Shown: piece after piece, positions 17,411 through 27,210 of the stretch
How the letters are laid out: each line of letters begins with the position of its first letter
Numbering within the stretch: position 1 is the stretch's first letter
Assembly: GCA_963700285.1 (NCBI GenBank)
Contig: CAVOXA010000010.1
Span: forward strand, 224,001-288,000
Direction: 5' to 3'
DNA from: an uncultured Chloroflexia bacterium
GTDB lineage: Bacteria; Chloroflexota; Anaerolineae; JAAYZQ01
Length of the DNA: 64,000 nt
Notes under the pieces: model-generated
What the model was told of the DNA's origin: nothing
Database searches by the model: none
What the model saw: the letters and a program-made list of their open reading frames with translations, nothing else
Program-made: the position numbers and the translations under genes

Positions 17411-19369
17411 TTGGTTCTCGCAGATATTGGTTACGGTGTACTATTATTGACCCTTGCCGCGGCCGCGTGGGCGACGGTTGCCGCGGTGCTTGGCGCCTGG
17501 AAACGCCGTCCAGAACTTGTTTCCAGTGCGCGCTATGCGCTGTTGGTCACGGCCGGCCTATCGACGCTGTCCGCAGTCCTTCTGCTCATCCTGCTTTTCA
17601 GCCACGAATTTGAGGTTCGCTACGTCTACGAACACGTGGCCACCTATCTCAAGCCGGCCTACGTGCTGGCAGCATTCTGGGCTGGGCTGGAGGGATCGCA
17701 ACTACTATGGTTGTGGATGCTGGCCATCTTTACCGGCATGGTGGTATGGCGCAAGCCGACGTGGGACCGTGAGTTGCGCCCATGGGCCATGGCCGCACTG
17801 GCCTTCACCCAGGCGTTTTTCGCCTTCTTGCTCATCATGCTCACCAACCCCTACGAGCTCTTGCCCTCAGTGCCGGTCGAGGGCACCAGCCTCAACCCAC
17901 TGCTCCAGAACTTTTGGATGATCATCCATCCCCCCATCATCTTTGCCGCCTATGCCCTGTGGACCATCCCCGCGGCCTATGCCTTTGCGGCCCTGGTCAC
18001 CGGCCGGCTGGATGCTGGTTGGCTGCGGGGCACCAGACGCTGGTCCCTGGCCGCGTGGGCATCCTTGGGCATCGGCATCCTGGTTGGGGCCTGGTGGGCG
18101 TACCTGGAGCTGGGCTGGGGGGGTTACTGGGGCTGGGACCCGGTGGAAAACTCGTCCCTGATCCCCTTTCTCGTAGGGACAGCCTTTGTCCACGCGGCCA
18201 TCATCCAGGATCGTCGCGATATGTTTCGCGCCTGGAATGTCTTTTTGGCGACCCTCACTTTTGTGCTGACCATCTTTGCTACCTTTGTCACCCGCTCGGG
18301 GCTGATTCAATCCGTGCACGCCTTTGCCGAGTCGCCCATCGGCTACTACTATCTAGGCTACATGTTGCTGGTTTTGGCCGCGACCATCGGGCTGATGCTG
18401 GCCCGCAGAAGAGAGCTGGAGGGAGAAGGGCAGTTGGGCGATCTCTTGTCCCGGGAGTTCATTTTCTTGATTACCATCCTACTGCTCCTGGGATCGGCGG
18501 CGGCGGTGTTGCTGGGCACCCTATGGCCCACCTTCACCGAAGCTTTGCGCGGGATGGCCTCCAGCCTGGGGCCCGACAACTATAACCAGTTCATGGGCCC
18601 GCTGGGCCTACTTTTGGTGCTGCTCATTGGCATTTGCCCCCTCATCGACTGGCGCAAGATCAGCGGCCAACAATTGCTCAAGAGCCTATGGGTCCAGGTG
18701 ATCGTAGCTCTTGTTACCGCGGTGTTGTTGATGGTATTCGGCGTGCGCGAGCTGTGGGCCGTGGTATCCTTCGCTGTTACAGCCTTTGTAGCCACAACCA
18801 TCGTGCTCCAGCTAGCCAAAGGCATCGTGGCCCGCATGCGGACCGCGAACGAAAATGTGCTGAAAGCGACGGTGCAAGCGGTCGCCAACAATCGGCGGCG
18901 GTACGGGGGGCAGATCATCCACTTTTCGATTCTGCTCATCGTCATCGGCATCACCGGCTCCCAGGCATATCAGAGCGAGGTACAGGTTGCCCTGGCCACA
19001 GGTGAAGCCGTGGACGTGAGCGGCTACACGCTGACCTACGAAGACTATACCTTCCAGCAGGTCGAAGAGGACGGCAACAAATCTCTCAACGAGGCGGTCC
19101 TTGAGGTCTACCGGGGGGATCGTAAAGTGGCGACGATCAGACCCCAGCGCAACCTGCACAGCAACGTCCAAGGTGCAGTGACCGAAGTCGCGTTGCGCTC
19201 CAATCTGAAAGAAGACCTATACGTCGTCCTGGCCAGTCTGGAAGCTGATGGGCTCGCCGCTTTCCAGGTGCTTATCAACCCCCTGGTAATCTGGTTGTGG
19301 ATCGGGGGCATGGTCTTGATCCTTGGTACTTTGATCGCGGGTTGGCCTCCCCGCAAGCGAGGGAGGTAG
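17411..19369 (+). CDS. ccmF: Heme lyase CcmF
   Basis: LNPLLQ, HPP, WAYLELGWGGYWGWDPVEN, SVHAF motifs. Confidence 0.95.
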   Translation: MVLADIGYGVLLLTLAAAAWATVAAVLGAWKRRPELVSSARYALLVTAGLSTLSAVLLLILLFSHEFEVRYVYEHVATYLKPAYVLAAFWAGLEGSQLLWLWMLAIFTGMVVWRKPTWDRELRPWAMAALAFTQAFFAFLLIMLTNPYELLPSVPVEGTSLNPLLQNFWMIIHPPIIFAAYALWTIPAAYAFAALVTGRLDAGWLRGTRRWSLAAWASLGIGILVGAWWAYLELGWGGYWGWDPVENSSLIPFLVGTAFVHAAIIQDRRDMFRAWNVFLATLTFVLTIFATFVTRSGLIQSVHAFAESPIGYYYLGYMLLVLAATIGLMLARRRELEGEGQLGDLLSREFIFLITILLLLGSAAAVLLGTLWPTFTEALRGMASSLGPDNYNQFMGPLGLLLVLLIGICPLIDWRKISGQQLLKSLWVQVIVALVTAVLLMVFGVRELWAVVSFAVTAFVATTIVLQLAKGIVARMRTANENVLKATVQAVANNRRRYGGQIIHFSILLIVIGITGSQAYQSEVQVALATGEAVDVSGYTLTYEDYTFQQVEEDGNKSLNEAVLEVYRGDRKVATIRPQRNLHSNVQGAVTEVALRSNLKEDLYVVLASLEADGLAAFQVLINPLVIWLWIGGMVLILGTLIAGWPPRKRGR

Positions 19370-19371
19370 GA

Positions 19372-19746
19372 ATGGGCATCGTCGTTTTCTTTCTCCTTGC
19401 GCTCGTCGCAGCTGCGATCATTGCTTACCCGCTGCTGGAAAGCCTGACGGGGCGTGGAAAACCGAACCAGTCTCCAGCCGTGACCGATGGGGACATCGAT
19501 CGCGCGGTGGACAAGCTCCGGCGGACACGGTCACAGGGGGACCATTCCTGCCCGGCCTGCGGCCAGGCCTACCAGGCAGGGGACCGTTTCTGCGTGCGCT
19601 GCGGCCATGATTTGGCCGCAGAGAAGGTTGTCCCAGCAGGACCTGCATGCCCCTCATGTGGTGCGAGCATCCACAAAGAGGATCAATTCTGTGCCAAATG
19701 CGGCCACCGCATGGATCTGGGGAGGCTGTCTGATGCTGCATCTTGA
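19372..19746 (+). CDS. Membrane-anchored double Zn-ribbon protein
   Basis: TM followed by CPAC..CVRC and CPSC..CAKC. Confidence 0.8.
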   Translation: MGIVVFFLLALVAAAIIAYPLLESLTGRGKPNQSPAVTDGDIDRAVDKLRRTRSQGDHSCPACGQAYQAGDRFCVRCGHDLAAEKVVPAGPACPSCGASIHKEDQFCAKCGHRMDLGRLSDAAS

Positions 19747-20977
19747 CCGGAGGCTGGCCCCCATTTTTCTGGGGTTGCTGCTCGTCCTCACACTATCAAC
19801 CGCAACCCAGGCCCAGGACGCAGGCGCCCTTGAAGGCCTGGTCGTAAATGGAACGGCAGGCGGCCCGGAAGTAGGCGCAGGGGTCGCCGTCACGCTGCAC
19901 GTGTCTCAGGGTGGAACCGAGGCGCATACCTTTGAAACCATGACCGGCGATGGCGGACGATTCCGGTTCGACGAACTCGATACCAGCGCCGGCCTGGAGT
20001 ACTGGCCAGAGGTCGAGTACCTCGGCGTGCCCTACCGCAGCGCAGAGCCATTCCGCTTTGACGGCGAAGAGACGACGCTGGCGACGACCATCACCGTCTT
20101 TGAAACCACCGACGACGACAGCGCCGTGGACCTGAACTCGGTCCACTTTATCGCCGAGTCCTTTGGCGAAGTGCTGCGCATATCCGAGATCCACCTCTTT
20201 GGCAATTCTGGGGATCGGACCTACGTTGGACAGCCCGGGGAAGGCGGTTCGCGGACCACCGTCAAAGTCCCTCTGCCCGAGAATGCGATGGGAATCGCCT
20301 TTGAACAGGAGGACTCGGCCGAGCGTTTCATCGAGGTCGAGGATGGCATCCTGGATACCCAACCGGTGCTGCCGGGCCAGGAAACATCCATGGTCTTTTT
20401 CTCCTATCACCTCCTGGTAATGGGCGACACGATCCCCCTGGAGCGGACCTTTGCCTACCCATTGGCCCACCTGAACCTGCTTGCCGCCCAACCGGGCTTG
20501 CAACTCAACAGCGAGCAACTGGAGATGCAGGGCCCTCAGTCGTTCCAGGGACGGCCCTACGACCTCTATGCCATCGATGATCTACCCGCCAATGCTCCCC
20601 TGGCCATGGAGTTTGTGCCAGTGGAGGTTCCAGGCGAGTCCCCTGCCGCCGGCCCGGGCGCGGAGGCTGTGCCTCCAACCGGGAGCCAGAGCACGGCGGG
20701 CACATCCACAAGGGGCAACCAAGAACTTTTGCGCTGGCTCGGCTTTGGCCTGGTGGCCCTGGTAGTGGCTGGCGCCATCGTCTATGGCGCGACCAGAAAG
20801 AAGCTACCCGCCACACCCAGGTCCGATGCCAACCTATCCGCGCGTCCAGAGACCCGGCAACTGCTGGTCAAGCTGGCCGATCTCGAGGATGCCTTTGAGG
20901 CAGGACGAGTGGACGAGGCAAGTTATGCGCGCCAGCGGTCTGAACTCTACATGGCCATCAAATCGCTCCAATCATGA
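19733..20977 (+). CDS. Exported protein with C-terminal TM (ccm-associated hypothetical)
   Basis: Signal peptide, G.VVNGT beta-sandwich-like start, TM, and a short C-terminal helical tail (LADLEDAFEAG.VDE..Y). Confidence 0.8.
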   Translation: MLHLDRRLAPIFLGLLLVLTLSTATQAQDAGALEGLVVNGTAGGPEVGAGVAVTLHVSQGGTEAHTFETMTGDGGRFRFDELDTSAGLEYWPEVEYLGVPYRSAEPFRFDGEETTLATTITVFETTDDDSAVDLNSVHFIAESFGEVLRISEIHLFGNSGDRTYVGQPGEGGSRTTVKVPLPENAMGIAFEQEDSAERFIEVEDGILDTQPVLPGQETSMVFFSYHLLVMGDTIPLERTFAYPLAHLNLLAAQPGLQLNSEQLEMQGPQSFQGRPYDLYAIDDLPANAPLAMEFVPVEVPGESPAAGPGAEAVPPTGSQSTAGTSTRGNQELLRWLGFGLVALVVAGAIVYGATRKKLPATPRSDANLSARPETRQLLVKLADLEDAFEAGRVDEASYARQRSELYMAIKSLQS

Positions 20978-21762
20978 CCAAAACATCCGCGCCGGTGATC
21001 GAGGTGAATAAAGTGACCAAGGCCTTTGGCCATCAGGTAGCGCTGCGAGGCGTGGACCTGAGCCTGGCCGAAGGTGAGTTTTTGGCGCTCTTTGGTCCCA
21101 ACGGCGCCGGCAAAACCACGCTGATCCGCATTGTCGCTTCGCTGATGCTGCCCACGGGAGGCGCGGTCCGTGTCCGGGGTGAGGATCTGAACAAGGCAGC
21201 CACATCGTTGCGCCGCCATATCGGCCTGATCTCCCACAATCCGCTGCTCTACGGCGACTTGACGCCGGATGAGAACCTAAACTTTTTTGCCCGCATGTAT
21301 GACCTGCCCCGGGCAGGCAAAGAGTCCGCGGCAGCCAGGATCGATGCCGTACTGGAGCAGGTCGGACTGACCGCCCGGCGGCGTGACCCGGTGCGGACAT
21401 TCTCCCGGGGCATGGTTCAGCGGCTGGCCATCGCTCGGGCCATCCTGCACGACCCGGAGATCATGCTCCTGGACGAGCCTTACACGGGCCTGGACCTACA
21501 GGCCGCCGACATGCTGCGGTCGGTGCTGCAGGAGCTGGCCGCCTCGAACCGAACCGTCATCCTGACCACCCACAATCTGGAACAGGGTCTGGAGATGTGC
21601 AACCGTGCCGCTATCCTCAACCAGGGCAGAGTCGCATGGGAAGGAACGCGGGCCGGTCTCGATCTGGCAGGCATGAAAGAGATCTATCGAGATGTGACCC
21701 GCCAGCCATCAAAAGTGAGACGTGATACGCGACCCACACCAGGCGAGGCGGGGCAAGCATAG
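20974..21762 (+). CDS. ccmA: Heme exporter ATP-binding protein CcmA
   Basis: GPNGAGKT, FSRGM, LLDEP; ccm context. Confidence 0.9.
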   Translation: MTKTSAPVIEVNKVTKAFGHQVALRGVDLSLAEGEFLALFGPNGAGKTTLIRIVASLMLPTGGAVRVRGEDLNKAATSLRRHIGLISHNPLLYGDLTPDENLNFFARMYDLPRAGKESAAARIDAVLEQVGLTARRRDPVRTFSRGMVQRLAIARAILHDPEIMLLDEPYTGLDLQAADMLRSVLQELAASNRTVILTTHNLEQGLEMCNRAAILNQGRVAWEGTRAGLDLAGMKEIYRDVTRQPSKVRRDTRPTPGEAGQA

Positions 21763-21812
21763 CTTAGGGCTCAATGCCCTTGCCCGGTAATCAGCGGCCT
21801 GAAACTCCAACT

Positions 21813-22490
21813 ATGAGCTACCTACGCAAAGTCACCGCCATCGTCTGGAAAGACATCGTCGCTGAACTCCGCACCAAGGAGATGTTCAGCGCCATGTTTG
21901 TCTTTGCTGTGCTGGTCATCGTCATCTTTAACTTTGCCTTCGAACTGAGGGTGAGCGGCGAAAGAGTGCGGCAGGTGGCGCCCGGGGCATTGTGGGTAGC
22001 CTTTACTTTCTCCGGGGTGCTGGGCCTGAACCGGGCCTTTGTCATGGAAAAGGACCGAGGATGCCTGGAGGGCCTGCTGCTGGCGCCCGTCGATCACTCG
22101 GCCATTTACTTTGGAAAGATGCTCTCCACGATACTGTTCATGCTCGTGGTCGAAGCCTTGATGCTGCCGGTATTCACTGCCTTCTTTGGCGTGAACCTTT
22201 TCGACCTGCGCCTGGTGCTCATCATTGTGCTGGGCACGGTGGGCTTTGCGAGTGTGGGGACCATTCTATCGGCCATGACGGCCCAGACGCGATCTCGGGA
22301 AGTACTGCTGCCCATCCTCTTGTTGCCCGTGGCCACACCGGTGCTCATTGCCGCCGTCAAGGCCACAGCGGGGATCCTGGACGGTCAAACAATGGGTGAC
22401 ATTGCCCGCTGGCTGCAACTCTTGGCAGCCTTTGCTGTCTTGTTTCCGGCGGTAGCGTTTATGACCTTTGACTATGTGGTCAAAGAGTAA
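21813..22490 (+). CDS. ccmB: Heme exporter membrane protein CcmB
   Basis: F..EKDRGCLEGLLLAP and REVLLPILLLP motifs. Confidence 0.9.
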   Translation: MSYLRKVTAIVWKDIVAELRTKEMFSAMFVFAVLVIVIFNFAFELRVSGERVRQVAPGALWVAFTFSGVLGLNRAFVMEKDRGCLEGLLLAPVDHSAIYFGKMLSTILFMLVVEALMLPVFTAFFGVNLFDLRLVLIIVLGTVGFASVGTILSAMTAQTRSREVLLPILLLPVATPVLIAAVKATAGILDGQTMGDIARWLQLLAAFAVLFPAVAFMTFDYVVKE

Positions 22491-22558
22491 GGTCCATGGT
22501 AACAAGCCATTGCAACTATCGAGCCAGATCTGCATCTAAGGGAGTGTAGGATGAGGAG

Positions 22559-23255
22559 ATGAGACAGAAAAAAGACACATGGCTCCTGGCTTTGACGGCC
22601 CTTAGCGCCGTACTGGTGATGGTGGCGATCTACCTGGCGCTGGTTCGCGCGCCAGATGCGAACCTGAGCAGTGAGACGGGGCGCTATGCCCAGCGCATCA
22701 TCTATTTCCACATTGCCACGGCCTGGGTTGGCTTTTTGGCCTTTTTCGTGACCTTTGTCGGCGGCATCGGCTACCTGCGCACGCGGGAAACGAAAATGGG
22801 ATATTGTTGCCCTGTCGTCCGCCGAGATTGGCACCGTGTTCATGCTGGGCGTGCTGGTCAGCGGTTCGATCTGGGCCAAGCCCGCCTGGGGCGTGTGGTG
22901 GGTCTGGGACGAGCGACTGACAATCTCCCTCATCCAGTTCCTGGTCTACGTGGGCTATCTGATGCTGCGCAGTGCGGTAGAGGATCCCTCCAGGCGGGCG
23001 CGTTTCGCCGCCGTGTATGGCATCGTAGCCTTTATCTCGGTCCCCATCAATTTCATCGCCATCCGCATGTGGCGCACCCAGCACCCCCTGATGTTCGGCA
23101 GCGAAGACGGCGGGCTGGGTCCCAATATGATGTTTGCTTTCTTTTTCAGTCTGATTACCTTCACGGTCTGGTACGTGACCCTGATGTGGCACCGGATCCG
23201 CCTGGAGCAGTCGCGGGACAACCTGGAACAGTTGAAACAGAGAATCTTGGACTAG
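22559..23255 (+). CDS. ccmC: Heme exporter CcmC (+1 frameshift near 22786-22796)
   Basis: IIYFHI in frame 1; WAKPAWGVWWVWDERL and TQHP in frame 2. Confidence 0.88.
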
Positions 23256-23261
23256 GAGGAC

Positions 23262-23417
23262 ATGATGACCTTTCTCGTAGCAGCCTATACGGTTTTGTGG
23301 GCAATCTCCTTTGGCTTGGTTTTTAGCATGGTCTGGCGCCAGCGCAAGATCGACTCAGAGATGCAGAGCCTGCGCGTGCTGGTCGAAGATGAGCCGCAAG
23401 CCGATCAAGAGTGGTAG
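23262..23417 (+). CDS. ccmD: CcmD-like small membrane protein (missing from the ORF track)
   Basis: 51 aa MMTFLVAAYTVLW...; AGGAGG RBS; directly after ccmC. Confidence 0.8.
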   Translation: MMTFLVAAYTVLWAISFGLVFSMVWRQRKIDSEMQSLRVLVEDEPQADQEW

Positions 23418-23528
23418 CGGTTCGGCTCCACCGGTTTGTTCACTTGGGGGCGGCGTTGAACCCTTTGCACAGGTATCTAGCCAAGGGCGGTGTTCCATAA
23501 CCACGGACCAGAGAAGACTGCAGACAAA

Positions 23529-24551
23529 ATGGACTCGCAAAATCTGACCCTGGGCATCGCCTTCCTGGGCGGGCTGCTTTCTTTTGTATCGCCGTGCGTG
23601 CTGCCGCTGGTACCGGCTTATATCGGATACCTGGGCGGCACAACGGTCATGGCCGGTGAAACTAGGCAGGCACGAGGGGAAACCCTCCGAATCTTTGGCC
23701 ATTCTCTGGTCTTTGTCCTGGGCTTCATGCTGGTCTTTGTGCTGTTGGGCGCTTCGGCCACGTTCTTTGGCCGCCTTTTGCTTGACTTTTCGCTACTGCT
23801 GCAACGGGTGGGCGGCGTTTTGCTGGTCGTTTTCGGCATGAGGCTGATGGGCACGGGCTGGAGCAAGCAGCGGTGGATAGTCTCCGCCCTGGTTGTGGCC
23901 CTGGTCACCTTTGTCTTCGCTTCGGGAATGGTGGCCTCGGGGCGCCCGGACTTGGGCGAGTACACCCTTGTCTGGTTGCAGGAGAGCCTGATGATGGGCC
24001 TCATCGTCCTCGCCGGGGCCGGCTGGAGCATGTCGCGCCAGATCATCCTGGCCGTTGGGGCCGGCATCCTCAACTTTTTGGCCAGTTTTGATACCCTGGT
24101 CCCCAACCTGGTGGCCAGCGTGCTGATCTCCCTGATCGCTATCTTTTTCAACCGCGCTGACCTCTTTTACTCGGAGAAAAAACTCGAGATCAACCAGAGC
24201 GGCCAGACTGGGTATCTTCGCTCACTGCTCTTTGGCGTCGTCTTTGCCGCGGGCTGGACGCCCTGCGTCGGGCCGATACTGGCCGGCATCCTCATCGTGG
24301 CCAGCCAGCTCCAGACGGTCGGGCAGGGCATCCTGCTGCTCGTCGCCTACTCGCTGGGACTGGGCATCCCGTTTCTGATAGTGGGTCTGGCCTTTGGTCC
24401 ACTATCACAGCAACTGCGCAAGATGAACCGCTATCTGGGCGTCGTGTCCATCGTCAGCGGCGTGCTGCTGGTCCTGATGGGGATCCTGATCTTTACCGAC
24501 AGCCTGACCTTCCTGGCCCAGTATGGCAATATTCTTGAATTCGAATTCTAG
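23529..24551 (+). CDS. ccdA: Cytochrome c biogenesis protein CcdA with an extra internal TM block
   Basis: SPCVLPLVP and WTPCVGPIL redox cysteines. Confidence 0.9.
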   Translation: MDSQNLTLGIAFLGGLLSFVSPCVLPLVPAYIGYLGGTTVMAGETRQARGETLRIFGHSLVFVLGFMLVFVLLGASATFFGRLLLDFSLLLQRVGGVLLVVFGMRLMGTGWSKQRWIVSALVVALVTFVFASGMVASGRPDLGEYTLVWLQESLMMGLIVLAGAGWSMSRQIILAVGAGILNFLASFDTLVPNLVASVLISLIAIFFNRADLFYSEKKLEINQSGQTGYLRSLLFGVVFAAGWTPCVGPILAGILIVASQLQTVGQGILLLVAYSLGLGIPFLIVGLAFGPLSQQLRKMNRYLGVVSIVSGVLLVLMGILIFTDSLTFLAQYGNILEFEF

Positions 24552-24561
24552 ATCGTGTCGT

Positions 24562-24609
24562 AGACACGCCATGTCGCAGACACGCCATGTCGCAGACACG
24601 CCATGTCGC
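24562..24609 (+). repeat. Tandem repeat, 3 x 16 bp (AGACACGCCATGTCGC)
   Basis: Three perfect copies with degenerate flanking partial copies. Confidence 0.95.
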
Positions 24610-24628
24610 GAGACACATTGAGGACCAA

Positions 24629-25159
24629 GTGAAACACTGGAAAGCTCTTGTTGGCATATTGATGATCCTGGTGCTGGGCCTAGGCGCCTGTGCTGGTCCT
24701 GGCGCAGGGTCCGGATCGTCCGCGCCCATTGGCATCAACACGGGAAACCAAGCCCGCGACTTTCGGCTCAAATCCCTGGACGGCAGCGAGGTCTCCCTCG
24801 GTGACTTTCAGGGTGACGTCGTATTGGTCAATTTCTGGGCTACCTGGTGCGCACCCTGCCGGGCCGAAATACCGGAATTTGAAGAGGCATACCAGACCCA
24901 CAAGGATGAAGGCTTTGTGATACTGGGGCTGAATGAACAGGAGGCCCCTCGAGCGATTGAGCCCTTTGTTGAGGAAATGGGCATGACCTACCCGGTGTTG
25001 TTGGATGAGCAAGGTCAGGTGATGAGCGAATACCGCGTGTTGGGATTGCCCACATCCCTGCTCATAGACAGGAATGGCGTGATCCAGGTACGGCACACAG
25101 GAATCCTGAGCGCGGCTCAGTTGGAAAAGCACTTGAGCAAGCTGCTGCCCAGTGAATAA
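24629..25159 (+). CDS. TlpA/ResA-family thiol-disulfide oxidoreductase lipoprotein
   Basis: LGLGAC lipobox, NFWATWCAPC, GLPTS. Confidence 0.9.
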   Translation: MKHWKALVGILMILVLGLGACAGPGAGSGSSAPIGINTGNQARDFRLKSLDGSEVSLGDFQGDVVLVNFWATWCAPCRAEIPEFEEAYQTHKDEGFVILGLNEQEAPRAIEPFVEEMGMTYPVLLDEQGQVMSEYRVLGLPTSLLIDRNGVIQVRHTGILSAAQLEKHLSKLLPSE

Positions 25160-25189
25160 ACAGCGGCGGTACCAGAGCAGGAGCATGAT

Positions 25190-25852
25190 TTGACGACAAC
25201 CACAACGCCCGCTCAAGGACGGAACCTGACCTTCTTTGTGGACAATGCGGTATTCAAACTGGCCAAGCACTGGTTGCTTCTGGCCAATCTGTTCTGGGGC
25301 CTCTACGCCGGCCTGCCGCTGCTGGCACCTGTCCTGATGGACGCCGGTTTGACCACTCCGGCCAAAATCATTTACATCGTCTACCGGCCGCTATGCCACC
25401 AGCTCCCAGAGCGCTCCTATTTTCTGGGCGGACCCGAGCACGTCTACTCGGCCGAAGAACTGGCAGATGCCGGGGTGGTGATCAACCCCTTTTCCCGTGA
25501 CATCGGCAACGAGACGGTGGGCTGGAAGACGGCTTTTTGCCAGCGAGACGTGGCCATCTATGGCTCCATCTTCCTGGCCGGACTCGGCTATGGCCTGATC
25601 CGGCGCCGGTGGCGAGGATGGAAAATGCCATTCCGCTACTACCTCCTCTTCCTGGTGCCCATGGGCATCGACGGAGTGCTGCAGCTCGTCGGCTTGCACG
25701 ATAGCGATTGGATCCTGCGCACCGTTACCGGCGCGATCTTTGGCGTGGGCTCGGTCCTCTTTGCCTACCCCTATTTGGATGAAGGGATGCGCGATGTGCG
25801 CCGCAGCATCACCAAGAGGCGCGCAGAGGAGCAATCGCAAGAAGTAGAATAG
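25190..25852 (+). CDS. DUF2085-like membrane protein
   Basis: LCHQLPERS, FCQRDVAIY, PMGIDG motifs. Confidence 0.8.
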   Translation: MTTTTTPAQGRNLTFFVDNAVFKLAKHWLLLANLFWGLYAGLPLLAPVLMDAGLTTPAKIIYIVYRPLCHQLPERSYFLGGPEHVYSAEELADAGVVINPFSRDIGNETVGWKTAFCQRDVAIYGSIFLAGLGYGLIRRRWRGWKMPFRYYLLFLVPMGIDGVLQLVGLHDSDWILRTVTGAIFGVGSVLFAYPYLDEGMRDVRRSITKRRAEEQSQEVE

Positions 25853-25911
25853 GTCCTCCGCTCCCCCCCTCGCGTTTCATGTTTTGCTCTGCGCATGGTA
25901 TACTGCCTACC

Positions 25912-27210
25912 ATGTTCAACAAGGCATGGATCTATTTGGCCCTCATCTTAATACCCTTCGCCTTTATCTTTGACGCGCGAGCCCTGCTGGTCATCTCGGC
26001 CCTGTTGCTAACCGTCGTACCCATTGCCTGGTGGTGGAACCGTCACAGTCTGGACGGAGTCGAATACGAACGGATCCTGGACGAGCAGAGAGCCTTTCCC
26101 GGCGAGGTGAGAGAGCTAACCCTGCGGATAGCCAACCAGAAACTGCTGCCCTTGGGCTGGCTTGTCGTCCAGGACCAATGGTCTATGGCCCTGCCGCTGG
26201 AAGAAGGCAGACTCATTCCTTCTCAAACCGGCCAAATGGGCTTTTTTCGCACGGCGCTGGCGATCCGCTGGTTCGAGCGGGTGAACCGCCACTATCAGAT
26301 CCGCTGCACGCGGCGCGGCTTTTACCCCATGGGCCCGGTCCACCTGACGTCGGGCGACATGCTCGGTCTCTTTCGCCAACAGCGGACCCAGGAACACCTC
26401 GACTGGTTGATCGTCTATCCCCAGGTCCTGCCCCTGGACGTCCTCGGCTTCCCGCCCAAAGAGCCTTTTGGCGAGACCAAAGCGAGCTGGCGTATTTTTG
26501 AGGATCCCAGCCGGGCCGTGGGCATCCGTGACTACCAACCCGAAGACGGTTTTCGCCACGTCCACTGGAAGGCCACCGCCCGGCGGCAGGACCTGCAGGT
26601 CAAGGTCTACGAACCAAGTACCAGCCACAACTTGGTGGTCTTTCTCAACGTGGCTACTCTGGCCAAGCACTGGCACGGGGTTCTACCCAAGCTCCTGGAG
26701 CAAGCCATCAGTGTAGCAGCTTCCATTGCCAGCTATGGCGTCGAGCAGCGGTACCTTGTGGGCTTGGTGGCCAACGGCTCCATCCCCCACTCGGACCAGG
26801 CGATCAAGGTACTGCCCAGCCGCCGCCCGGACCAACTGGCCCGGGTGCTGGAGGCGCTGGCGGCAGTGACCAACTTTGCCACCGTGTCCATTGAATCGTT
26901 GCTATTGACCGAGAGCGCTCGCCTGCCGTGGGGCGCCACGCTGGTCGTCGTCACCGGCGTTATCACCGATCATTTGCTGGCGACCCTCCTCCGCCTGCAC
27001 GAGGTCGGCCGCCGGTTGGCACTTGTCTCCCTTGCCGAACAGGCCCCCGATCCCCTCGCTCTACCACCCGGGATCGTGATCCATCACCTGCCCGCCAGCG
27101 AGCTGCCCTTCGACGTCACATTTCTAGACGAAGAAGAGGAGTGGGCTACGGCAGGTTTATCCGAATTCGCACCCCCGATTCGCTTCACAGGAGCTGCCGG
27201 TGAGCAATAG
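25912..27210 (+). CDS. DUF58 domain protein
   Basis: RRGFY..GP and GIRDYQPED.FRHVHWKATAR...VKVYE. Confidence 0.9.
   Translation: MFNKAWIYLALILIPFAFIFDARALLVISALLLTVVPIAWWWNRHSLDGVEYERILDEQRAFPGEVRELTLRIANQKLLPLGWLVVQDQWSMALPLEEGRLIPSQTGQMGFFRTALAIRWFERVNRHYQIRCTRRGFYPMGPVHLTSGDMLGLFRQQRTQEHLDWLIVYPQVLPLDVLGFPPKEPFGETKASWRIFEDPSRAVGIRDYQPEDGFRHVHWKATARRQDLQVKVYEPSTSHNLVVFLNVATLAKHWHGVLPKLLEQAISVAASIASYGVEQRYLVGLVANGSIPHSDQAIKVLPSRRPDQLARVLEALAAVTNFATVSIESLLLTESARLPWGATLVVVTGVITDHLLATLLRLHEVGRRLALVSLAEQAPDPLALPPGIVIHHLPASELPFDVTFLDEEEEWATAGLSEFAPPIRFTGAAGEQ

Noticed and set aside
15981-19746. Cys-rich ccm neighbours as c-type cytochromes
   Set aside because: The motifs are CxxC/CxxCG(H) Zn-ribbon knuckles C-terminal to a TM, not CxxCH.
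24562-24609. 16-bp repeats as a mini-CRISPR
   Set aside because: The copies are directly tandem with no spacers.
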